From Azolla caroliniana (Eukaryota > Plantae > Polypodiophyta), in the NCBI GenBank assembly GCA_043228905.1, contig JBHGNT010000012.1, positions 20,460,001-20,524,000 of the forward strand: DNA of 64,000 nt. Reading direction: 5' to 3'. Below the pieces are notes generated by a model, which saw nothing but the letters and a program-made list of their open reading frames with translations, ran no database searches and was not told where the DNA came from. The translations under genes and the position numbers were made by a program. Positions 50,552-62,500 of the stretch are shown in pieces. Every line of letters starts with the position of its first letter. Positions within the stretch are counted from its first letter, which is position 1.

Positions 50552-53500
50552 TGTTGGGAGACAGGTCCCTCCGGATGGGAAGGGAGAAGAACAGTGCCGA
50601 TGAACAAACTCGGCCGAGGCCGAAACTGTATGAGGAGGACCCGGCTACGGAGAGCCGGATGGTGCAGGCCCGGTGTAAACCGGATGAGGAGTACCCGGCT
50701 ACGGAGAGCCGGATGGTGCAGGCCCGGTATAAACCAGATGAGGAGTACTCGGCTACGGAGAGCCGGATGGTGCAGGCCCGGTATGAACCGGATGAGGAGT
50801 ACTCGGCTACGGAGAGCCGGATGGTGCAGGCCCGGTGTGAACCAGATGAGGAGTACCCGGCTACGGAGAGCCGGATGACACAGACCCGGTACGAACCGGA
50901 GGAAGAGACATATTCGTAAATATGTTTCTGAGAGCCCATCGAGGCTACATTTGTAAATAGCCGAAAAGTCATATTAGTATAAATATGACTTAGGGCAAAC
51001 TTTTAGTTGTTGTCATTTTTTTTTCTTTGTTGGTGCAAGAAGAAGAGAGAGCACGTAATAGTGTACAGAGAGAGAGAGAAAGAGAAAGAGGTCGTTGCCT
51101 CTGTTGTAACTGCCGCGTGTGGCGAAGATCTGTGAGCACGAGGTCGTTGCCTCAGTGAACTCACTGTTGTACATTCTCACATAGTGACAGTTTGCAGCCT
51201 GTGGGCTGCCGTGGTTTTTCCCTCTTTGGGTTTTCCACGTAAACCTCCTGCGTATCTTCCTCTCCTTTGTGTCGTGTTTTATTTCCCGTTTTCTGTGTAT
51301 CATTCTACGCTCAGTTGTGGCTGAGCGTTGCGCATAAGGAACGTCGGGTTCCTGTCAAGTGGTATCAGAGCGAAATCGACACAGAAAATGGACGAATCGT
51401 TTGGCGGCATGTTCAAGCTCACCGGCTCCAACTATTCAGTGTGGAAGTCGAAGATGAGGGACATGCTCGTGGTTAAAGACCTCTGGTTGCCGGTTCAGTT
51501 CGGGGACAAGAGACCGGACAAAATCGACGCCGCAATATGGGAGGTGATGCACATGAAGACAACGGCGTACATACGGTGCTTCATCAACATGAGCCTGTAC
51601 AACAACTTCAATGAAGAGAGCAAGGCTCATGAGGTCTGGGAGAAGATCGGCATAATGTTTCAAAACAAAAATGTTGTCAATTAGGTGTCGGTATTCCGGA
51701 AGCTAGTAAGACTCCGGTACCAAGATGGCTCCAGCATGGCGGAGCATATGAATGCCTTCCAGGGGCTGATACACCAGGCAACGTCATTGGAAGTACCTCT
51801 TGCCGATGAGGTACTAGCGCTACTCCTGCTCGGTTCCCTCCCGGATAGCTGGGAGACGTTGGTTGTCACTTTGGGCAACGCCGGGCCAGAAGGAAAACGG
51901 TTATCCCTAACAAGAGTAAAGTCGAGCTTGCTAGATGAGGAGGCGCGTCGGAAAGACAAAGATGCGAGCTCCGACTCCAAAGCGCTTCTTTCCGAATCGG
52001 AACGCGGAAGACATAGAAACCGTAGTCCCCAGAACCGGGAGAAGTCGGGGACATGGTCAAAGTCAAGGGGGAGGCCTACTTGCTTCTATTGCGGCAAGCC
52101 GGGACACTTCCAAAAGAACTGTCGGCATTTCCGTAAAGACAAGGAAACCGACGGTACCGATTCGAAGCAAACCCCGAACCGTAACGGTAAAGACCGGAAG
52201 GGGCCGGACCGGAAGGGAACGACGTCAATCGCGGCAAGTGAAGAGGAGTTGATGCTCATCACCGAGGAGAGTGAGATAAACCTTACCGACGACGAGATGA
52301 CCTGGGTGGTAGACTCCGGAGCATCGTTCCACCTTACCCCGGACCGGAAATGCTTCTCATCGTACTCAGCCGGTGATCACGGCTGTGTCCGGATGGGGAA
52401 TGAAGGTACATGCCGAATTGTCGGCATAGGAGACGTGTGGCTGACAACACCAACTGGATGCAAGATGCTGCTAAAGGATGTCCGACACGTTCCGGAAGTT
52501 CGTCTGAACCTGATATCAGCCGGTCGGCTAGATGATGAAGGCTACACGGGTAGCATCCAGAATGGTGTCATGAAGTTCAGCAAAGGGAGCCTGATTGTGG
52601 CTCGGGCCCGGAAGGTAAACACACTATACCTGATGAATGCCCGGTTATGTCCGGAAGAAGTGAACGTGGCATCCGACACTACCGGTGAGCTGTGGCACAA
52701 AAGGCTGTGTCATATCAGCGAGAAGGGGATGAAGAGGCTTGCAGACGACAACCTCATTCCAGTGAAGAACGTGCACTTGGAGAAGTGCACTGATTGTCTG
52801 GCCGGTAAGCATAACCGGACCTCCTTCCGACCAAGGCCACCGATGAGACATAATGCACCACTGGAGTTGGTGCATACGGATGTGTGTCAAGTAGACATGA
52901 AGTCACATGCCGAAGCGCAGTACTTCGTGACGTTCATAGATGACCACAGCTGGAAGCTGTGGGCCACACCGCTGAAGACGAAGGATCAGGTGTTATCCGT
53001 CTTCAAAGAGCTCCACGCGAGAGTGGAAAGAGAAACTGGCCGGAAGCTGAAGACGATTCGAGCAGACAACGGAGGAGAATACCGGGGGCAGTTCGAGGAG
53101 TACTGCCGCTCAAAGGGAATCCGGCTCGAATTTACCGTGCCGAAGAGACCGGAACTAAACGGACTGGCCGAGAGGATGAACCGGACCATAATGGAGAGGG
53201 TCCGGAGTATGCTAGCGCATGCAAAACTACCCAAGAAGTTTTGGGCTGAGGCACTGTCGACGGCGACATACGTGATAAATAGATCACCCTCAGTACCCTT
53301 GGACGGAGACACGCCACAGAGAGTGTGGACCGGTAAGGAAGTATCCTACCGGCATCTGAAGGTGTTCGGGTGTCTCGCGTACGTGCATGTAGCTAAGGAC
53401 CGGAGAGGAAAGCTAGATCCAAAGACCCGGCCATGCATATTCCTCGGTTACGGTGACGATGAGTTCGGCTACCGAGTGTGGGACCCGGTCGACAAGAAGG

Positions 53501-55956
53501 TATTCCGGAGTCGAGATATTATCTTCATGGAGAACAAGTCGCTCGCCGACTGGGAGTTGGAGAAGAAGATAATGAACTCCGAGTCGACCGGTAAGGATAG
53601 ACTCTACGATGAGCAGACCCAACCGGCAAGAGACTAGTTAGCACTCGAGGAACCAGCCGGTTACGGTGAGGATACCGAACCGGCAGATGAAGAGGTAGAG
53701 GAAGCTGAGACCGGAACCGGCCAAGACTCTGAATCGGATTTGGATGAAGAGAAAATGGAGGAGCCGGTTACCGAAGCCCGAAGACGGAGATATCCTCTCA
53801 GAGAGAGAAGGCCCCCCCGGAGATTTCCGGATGCAGAGCATGTTTTGCTGACCGATGAGGGGGAGCCGGAAAGCTTCGAAGAAGTGAAGGAAGACACCCA
53901 CAGCCGAAAATGGTTAAGTGCCATGCACGATGAGATGGATTCCCTGCATGAGAACCATACGTACGAATTGGTGGAGTTGCCGAAAGGAAAGCGGGCACTC
54001 CGAAACAAGTGGGTGTACAAGTTGAAACCGGGAGATGCCGGCAACCCCCCGAGATACAAAGCCAGGATCGTGGTGAAGGGGTTCCAGCAGAAGAAGGGCG
54101 TGGACTTCGACGAGATATTTGCCCCGGTAGTAAAGATGACCTCCATCCGGACGGTGCTGAGTATAGCAGTAAGCATGGACCTCGAGGTAGAGTAGCTGGA
54201 AGTGAAGACGACATTCCTTCATGGCGACCTCGAAGAGGAGATCTACATGCAGTAACCGGAAGGATTTGTGGAGAAAGGGAAGGAGCACCTGGCATGCCGG
54301 TTGAAGAAGAGCCTGTACGGACTGAAGCAGGCTCCCCGGCAATGGTACCGGAAGTTCGACTCCTTCATGACCGATCAAGGGTACCACAAGACGCAGGCCG
54401 ATCACTGCGTGTTTGTGAAGAAGTTCGAAGGAGGGGACTTCCTGATATGCCTCCTGTACGTGGATGACATGTTGATCGTCGGACGAGACCAAGGCAAAAT
54501 ACGGATGCTGAAGAAGGCTCTCAACCGGACCTTCTCAATGAAAGACTTGGGTCCGGCAAGACAGATGTTGGGGATGCACATCATTCGGGACCGGTCAGTG
54601 AAGCAATTATGGTTGTCACAGGAGAAGTATGTGACAAAGGTGCTTCACCGGTTCAACATGTTAGAAGCAAAACCGGTCGGATTGACACTTCCGGCAAACT
54701 GCAAGCTGTCCGGTAACCAAAGCCCGAAGACGAAAGCAGAGAAGGCGGATATGATGAAGATTCCATATGCCTCTGCCGTCGGGAGCTTGATGTCCGCAAT
54801 GGTCTGTACCCGACCGGACATTGGATACACAGTCGGAGTGGTGAGCCGGTTTATGAGCAATCCCGGCAAGGAGCATTGGAACGTGGTCAAGTGGATACTC
54901 TGGTATTTGAAGGGCACTTCAAATATGTGTCTCCGATTCGGCTCCGGAAAACCTCAACTGGACGGTTTCACCGATTCGGACATGTTGGCTGATGTGGATA
55001 CCAGCCGGTCTACATCCGGGTATGTAATGACATATGTAGGGGGAGCTGTTTCGTGGCAGTCGAGGCTGCAGAAGACGGTTGCATTGTCAACCACAGAGGC
55101 GGAGTACATGGCGGCTGTGGAAGCCGGCAAGGAAATATTATGGATGAAGGACTTCATCGGAGAGCTCGGTATCCGGCAAGAGGAATACCGACTCTATTGC
55201 GACAGTCAAAGTGCCATCCACCTTTCTAAGAATGCGGCCTACCATTCTCGGATGAAGCATATCCATCGGAGGTATCACTGGATCCGGGAAAGAGTAGATG
55301 ACCAGGAGTTCGCACTGACGAAGATCCACACGGCCGAGAACGGGTCAGATATGCTGACCAAAGTGCTGACACCCGACAAGCTGGACGCATGCCGGAAGAG
55401 GATCGGACTGGTAAGACACCCCATGCCGGAGTGAAGGGGGAGTTTGTTGGGAGACAGGTCCCTCCGGATGGGAAGGTAGAAGAACAATGCCGATGAACAA
55501 ACTCGGCCAAGGCCGAAACCGTATGAGGAGGACCTGGCTACGGAGAGTCGGATGGTGCAGGCCCGGTATAAACCGGATGAGGAGTACCCGGCTACGGAGA
55601 GCCGGATGGTGCAGGCCCGGTATAAACCGGATGAGGAGTACTCGGCTACGGAGAGCCGGATGGTGCAGGCCCGGTATGAACCGGATGAGGAGTACTCGGC
55701 TACGGAGAGCCGGATGGTGCAGGCCCGGTGTGAACCAGATGAGGAGTACCCGGCTACGGAGAGCCGGATGACGCAGACCCGGTACGAACCAGAGGAAGAG
55801 ACATATTCGTAAATATGTTTCTGAGAGCCCATCGAGGCTACATTTGTAAATAGCCGAAAAGTCATATTAGTATAAATATGACTTAGGGCAAACTTTTAGT
55901 TGTTGTCATTTTTTTTTCTTTGTTGGTGCAAGAAGAAGAGAGAGCACATAATAGTG

Positions 55957-56015
<59 letters not shown>

Positions 56016-56127
56016 GTCGTTGCCTCTGTTGTAACCGCCGCGTTTGGCGAAGATCTGTGAGCACGAGGTCGTTGCCTCAGTGAACTCACTGTTGTACATT
56101 CTCACATAGTGACAGTTTGCAGCCTGT
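50552..56127 (+). mobile_element. Near-complete Ty1/copia retrotransposon: 5' LTR 50552-51357, PBS(iMet) 51360-51371, gag-pol 51388-55434, PPT, truncated 3' LTR 55445-56127
   Basis: TG..CA LTR, PBS TGGTATCAGAGC, CFYCGKPGHFQKNC knuckle, VDSGAS protease, LWHKRLCH/CTDC integrase, LYVDDML RT and RNase H. Single frame with four premature stops (51682, 53635, 54193, 54253). PPT GAAGGGGGAG. Confidence 0.97.
50630..50899 (+). repeat. 54-bp tandem repeat x5 in U3 of the 5' LTR (also at 55523-55792 in the 3' LTR)
   Basis: atgaggagtacccggctacggagagccggatggtgcaggcccggtgtaaaccgg units. Confidence 0.95.
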
Positions 56128-56479
56128 AATGCATGAGCACCAAATGGCAAACATGCATCGCATGCATTACATGCATTGTATGCATGTCTTGCACCCTCAC
56201 ATGCATCATATGCATGGGGGTATCTATAAAAGAGTGGGATGAAAAATTAAAGAGGGAACCAATCAATTGATCAAGGGCTATGTACTGATCAAGAAAAGAA
56301 TAATAAAAAATCTAGTTATCCTATTGGTGATGTATCTTGTCTAGATCAAAATTGAAATCAAGGGTTCAATCTCTCTCTCTCTCTCTCTTAGAATTGGAAT
56401 CTCCGTCTCTCTATATATCTTAAATAACCTCTCTATCTATCTTCAATACTTTCTCGCTAACGCTAGTAAATCATCGAAT

Positions 56480-59400
56480 CCTTCTGGTCCAGGAACCCGG
56501 TAGTCCCGCTTCATTTCATGAACACACGAGGATTTCCTTGACACCGTCTTGTCAGATCACTTCTCTCTACCTCGGCTATCTCTAATCCGGTACCTCTCTT
56601 GACCGATTGACTATCTCCAATTCGTCCTCTTCCAAGCCCCTGACCGCATTTGACCACGTCGTAGTCTTGGCCTTTATCTTCAGGTCGACTCTGCCCTTCT
56701 TGGCTCTACCACCTGCCTTGTCTTTCTTGGCTCTACCTTCCCCTCATTCGGATGGCTTCAACTTCAACTCTCTTTTTTGCTTGCTCCCCCCTACATCTGG
56801 CTAGTCTTCCATTACCCATTCTCCTTCCACTTGACTTCCCGTTCAATCCGTCCTCGACTTCTTCTACCGTCTTGAAATCGAATTCCTCATCCGATTCGGC
56901 TCATCGAACTTCTGCCTCCGTTTCTCCCTTGCTTCGGCTCTCGCTCCTCCCCCTCAAGTTCGGCATGTCGAGGTGTTCTAGACCAAGCATTCTCGAAAAA
57001 TGCCACAACTTTTCTAGGCCAAGAGGTTTGGAGAAGATGTTGGCAACTTGCCAATTAGTCGGAACATGAAGAAATTCCACTTCACCGGAGAGGACTCACT
57101 CACGTTCAAAGTGATAGTGCACTTCAATGTGCTTCATGTGAGCATGGAAGATGGGGTTCTTCGCTAGTTGGATGTTGTTGAGGTTGCCACAATATATCAC
57201 TATCGGCTCGGACACCTCCATGTGTAGATCCTTTAACAACCTCTTGAACCATATGGTTTCGCATGTCGCAACAACCGCTCCTCTGTATTTGGCCTTTGTG
57301 CTCGACAATGCAATTGTTGGATGCTTCTTATTGCTCTAGGTGATCATTGCGCTTCCAAGGGAAAACACATATCCTGATGTTGACTTGTGATCGCCAACAT
57401 TTCCAGCCCAATCGACATCCATGTAGCCAACCAACTCTTCGGCTACACCGGTCCGATACAACAACCCTCTATCCTTCGTCCCGCTCACATATCGCAAGTT
57501 TTGATGCACACACTAAAGGTGGTTGAATATCGTCGGCGACATAAATTGACTAATAAGTCCGGTCGGATAACTGAGGTCCAGCTGGGTGATGGTCAAGTAT
57601 ATAAGGTTTCCAAAAAATTGTCGAAACCTTGTCGCGTCACAAGTCGACCCCGATCCAAGACGAAGCTTGACATTCCTATCAAGAGGAGTTGTGATAGATT
57701 GCAAATCAGTCATTCCAAACTTGAAGAGCATACTCAACATATAATGCCTTCCAGGGGTGCATATCACATCGATCTCGAGGAAGTAATGAAGGTTTCCTCA
57801 AATCCTTCATTTCGAACAATGTCGCCAACTGGAACTTCACGCTGCCGATTTCTTCCAGGCCGGCGCCAACGATAACTAAATCATCCACACAAGTATAACC
57901 AGCCCATTCTGACCTTGCCGGATGAACAATGATGAGTCCAACTTCAACGGAACAAACCCCATCCGACGTAATCTATGTGTGATCTTCGTGTTCTAAGCAC
58001 GCAGGGCTCACTTTAGTTTGTACAAGAACTTCTTCAATCGGAAGACTACCGACATGTTCAATCGGAATTGAAATCCGAAAGGCTACACAATGTACAAGTG
58101 TTCCTCAAGCTCTCCTTGCAAGAATGCATTCTTCACATCCACCTAGTGTAGGTGTCATCCCTTTGCCATCGCTACTGTCTGGGTTGGCAACTGATGCGAA
58201 TGTATCGTCATAGTCGATGTCGTGTTGTTGCACATAGCTTTGGCCACCAATCGGGCCTTGTACCGGTTGATAGAGCCGTCAACGTTGTACTATACCTTGT
58301 ACACCCACTTGCACCTGATATGCTTCATTTCTTTGGGGGCGTCAACCAGATCCCATGTTTCGTTCTCCACCAAGGTGCACATCTCTTCCTCCATTGCGGC
58401 ATGCAAATTTGTGTCCTTTTCAGCTTCTGTGTAGTTCTCCAGCTAACGTACTTCCGCAACCTTCACCATATATTAGCAATGGGTCTGGTTTCGGCTCAAA
58501 CCGAACCAAACCGAAAATTGTGGCTTAATGATTTATAGCTTTGAAAATAAATAAACGGTTTGGTTTGGTTTCAAATGTTACTAATCGGTTTCGGTTTATG
58601 TGGTTTGGTTTAAAGGTTTAAAGGTTTATAGGTTAAAAAATACTCATAAATTTTCCCTATAGGCTCTAACTTTCAACTTTTAATTTTAAACTCTAGTTTT
58701 TAACTTATTAAAATTTATATGCATTATATGTAGAGTCTCCTTTTCATTTATGATGATCAAATATGATAAGTATGATGATCAAATTTATGATAAGTATGAT
58801 GATCAAATTTATAATTAGTATGATGACAAAATTTATGATAAGTATGATGACAAAATTTATGATGGTTTTCTCATACAAATGTATAATAAGTATGATGATT
58901 AATATCAATAAAAAATGGTTTGGTTTGGTTTGGTTTTAAATTTTTCGTAAACGGTTTGGTTTCTCATATTCTTTAAACAGTATGGTTTAATGGTTCGGCT
59001 CTAAACGGTTTGGTTTTAATGGCTTCAAAAATTTGAAAAAGTTTGGTTTGGTTTTTATTATTAATAAATGGTTTGTTTTGGTTTTAAGCCCATTGCTACC
59101 ATATACGATAATGATATGCCATATACTCATTATACCCATTGTCATGACACTCGTACCGGATTACGGGGTTCTTCTGGCGGGTGGATTGGTGCACCTTTTG
59201 GTTCGCCGATTTTATGGCCTATCATCGATCATGGCTAAGTTGGATTTGCTCCAATCTAACGTGCCAACAATATGTGCCGTATTCCAACATCTTCATCTTC
59301 CCCTTTTCCTTGCTCATAAGTCGACTACTTGGTTTCTGGTGGGGGGACTGCACATCCAACTCTCCACTACTCGCAGACTCTTGCTCAACCCCTCATTTGG

Positions 59401-59520
59401 CCCACTTAGCCGAAATGAGATTGAACTCTCCTCTAGAGTTCCGATATCCTCAGAATTTGGAGTGGAGTCCATGAGCATCGCGCTAGTAGGAGGTTGGTGC
59501 CATGAAACTGATCTGGCAAA
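56480..59520 (-). mobile_element. Degraded minus-strand Ty1/copia (IN/RT linker, RT, RNase H, 3' extension), same broad family as 6341-12369
   Basis: LIYLTITQLDLSYP, KAKYRGAVVATCETIWFKRLLKDL and KHIEVHYHF. Interrupted by a MITE at 58474 and cut by a Gypsy LTR at 59521. Confidence 0.9.
58474..59098. mobile_element. hAT-type MITE, 625 bp (TIR TAGCAATGGG, 8-bp TSD)
   Basis: Termini TAGCAATGGG...CCCATTGCTA, flanks CCATATAT / CCATATAC. GGTTT subterminal repeats and an internal ~25-bp tatgataagtatgatgatcaaatt array. Confidence 0.92.
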
Positions 59521-62500
59521 TGTCATGATATGGCAAGACTCGAACCCATGACCTTAGGTTATATGGGTCGAGCTCTTGACCATTACATCATCTATTGTAA
59601 TACGTAAGATATTATTTTCATTTACATTTTATTATAGGAAATTAGTGTATATTCCAGATTTCTCTGGAACATTCTAGAAGCTTCAGGATTACTCCTGAAA
59701 ACACTATAAAAGAGGGCACTAGGCATTATGTTGAACCAAATTGGTTCAACGCCAGTCTTAAGCCTTTTAGCCACCATTGTATATTCTCTTCATATAATAC
59801 ATATCTTTCTTATCATCACTCTCTCTCTCTCAATCTCTCTCTTTCTCTCTGTCTCGCTCACTTCTTCCTTCTCTCGAAGAAGTTCCGCACCTCTCATAGT
59901 ACTAATCCTTCGTTTAGTACTAATTCCTTCTCTGTCTCAGTACTGTTCATGACAGTTTGAACCAAATTTCCCTACCTTCTGTCTCTCTCATTTCCTACTA
60001 ATCTTTTATTCCTCTTTTCTTTCATCCCATGGCCACTGTTAGCGCCGAAGAATATCAATCTGTTTTCTCGGAATTTCAATGCTTGAAGGAGAAGTTCCAT
60101 GCTTTGGAATAAGAAAACCAACGGTTGCTGGGAGATCTTCAACAAATCTCCTTAGAAAAGCAGCAAACGCAACAACAACATGGGGAACTTGCGTTACACG
60201 TGCAACAACTCGAAGCAACCATCGTAGCGATGCAACAACAAGGGCCCGGAACACAAGGGATTAATAAAGAACCCAAGATTGGCCTTCCCACGAAGTTCGA
60301 TGGAACGCCATCGCAGTTTAGAGGGTTCCTTAACCAGGTACGATTAGTTATTCAAATGCATCCTTCCCGATATCCCACCGATGCATCACGAGTGGGTTTA
60401 GTAGGCACTTTGTTAAGTGGCTCAGCGTTGTCATGGTTCGCTCCACTATTAGAAAAGGAATCTCCGTTACTCAACAATTTTGAAGAGTTTCTAGGTGAGT
60501 TTAAAGCATGTTTCGGAGATACTGACAGCATCAGGACCGCAATCAACAAAATCCGGCGATTACGCCAAGGTGACCGTCCAGCCTCAGCATACGCTGCAGA
60601 TTTTCGCCTACTCGTCGCCGATATCCCTTGGGATGATCAAGCGTTGATGGAGCAATTCCGTTATGGTTTACGCAACGACGTCAAGGATTTACTATTGACC
60701 TTCCCCGAAGAGCCAAAGTCCTTAACAGAAGCAATCAGTCGCACGGTGAGATGTGACAACCGCCTCTTTGAGCGACGTTCGGAACGACAACTACAGATGC
60801 CGAGGGCAAGATCAGAGCCCACCTACGCCTCAATGGTAGCAATACCTTTTCCGAGGGAGTCATATAATGCGCCTCCAGCGAATACTCCGACTCCGATGGA
60901 GATTGACACTACACGTCGTCGAGGGCCGTTATCCGAAGAAGAAAAGCAGCGATGCCGTACAAATCGACTATGTCTTTACTGCGATGGACCAGGACATATC
61001 GCAATAAATTGCCCCCATAGGCCAAGAAGACAGGTAAACCAAATAGTCGCTAGTTTTAATTGTACTAAATCCGAGCCTATTTCAGTAGGGATATCTGATA
61101 GTCCTAATAGTACTAATAGTACTAATATCCCAGATCTAGCAAACAAATTTGATGTCCTTAGTCAGTTAGAAGAAGAGTTAAACGACTAAGTCCAGCCAAA
61201 ATAGGAGCCGTTTGGTTGGACAGCCCTAGATCTGTGCAACCCATTAGTGGTTCCATTCCCTCTAAGCAAGTTAGTGATGTGTTCGTAGCCCAAGTAATAG
61301 TTAGTACTAAAAGTACCCCTCCAGTACATGTCCTAGCACTCCTAGATTCCGGAGCTAACTCTTGCTTTATGGATAAGGAATTTGCTCAAGCTCATAAGAT
61401 ATCCCTAAGAAAACTCCAGTGTCCAGCCTCTGTAGTAGTCATTGATGGACGTCCCATTGCTTCCGGAAATATCATAGAAGAGTCAGAGCCCATTAATATT
61501 GTCCTAGATAACTTAGCATGTGTAGTATCATTTAATATTATTAGTATCCCAGAACATCCTATAGTTTTAGGATTACCGTGGTTCGAGTTACATAACCCAT
61601 ACATAGATTGGAGAACAAGAGAAATCCGGTGTCGACAAACCCAAGGGTCAACTCAGAAGATGGCAACCATTTCGCTACGTCAGTTGCGTAAAGAAGGGCG
61701 CAAGGAGGAAATGTTCCTCTTTGCAATATCAGTAAACCCCTCCAGCACCACTAAAGAAGAATCCACCGTTCAACTTCCCGAGAAGTATCGTCATTACGCC
61801 GATGTGTTCGATAAAGTACAAGCCAACACACTTCCTCATCATCGACCGTACGATTGCCCCATCGATTTACAACCGGGAAAAGAGCCGCCATGGGGACCGA
61901 TCTACAATTTGTCAACAACCGAGCTGGAAGTCCTTCGGGCCTATATAGAGGAGAATTTGGAAAATGGTTTCATTCGGCATTCGAAATCTCCAGCCGGCGC
62001 GCCCATTTTCTTCGTCAAAAAAAAAGATTGATCGCTTCGTCTCGTTGTAGATTACCGTGGCTTGAATAAGGTTACAATCAAGAATATGTATGCTCTTCCC
62101 CTTATCTCAAGTCTTTTGGAACGGATCAATGGTGCCAGGTTCTTCACGAAGATCGACTTACAGGGAGCATATAACCTCATACGGATCCGACCAGGAGACG
62201 AATGGAAGACTGCGTTTTGCACCAGATATGGGCACTTCGAGTATACGGTCATGCCGTTCGGCCTCACTAATGTGCCGGTAGTCTTCCAGCACATGGCTAA
62301 TGATATATTCCGAGATCTATTGGATGATTGTTTGATCATCTATTTGGATGATCTACTGGTTTATTCAAAGACCCAAGAAGAACATGATTCTCATGTACTA
62401 TTAGTACTAAAACAATTTCGAGAACATGGTCTGTATGCAAAGCTGGAAAAATGTAGTTTCGGGTGCAACCAAGTGGAATTTCTCGGCTACATCATTTCGT

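Noticed and set aside
50494-50972. Repetitive ATESRMVQAR ORFs (also 55275-55865)
   Set aside because: Translations of the 54-bp LTR U3 repeat; no evidence of coding function.
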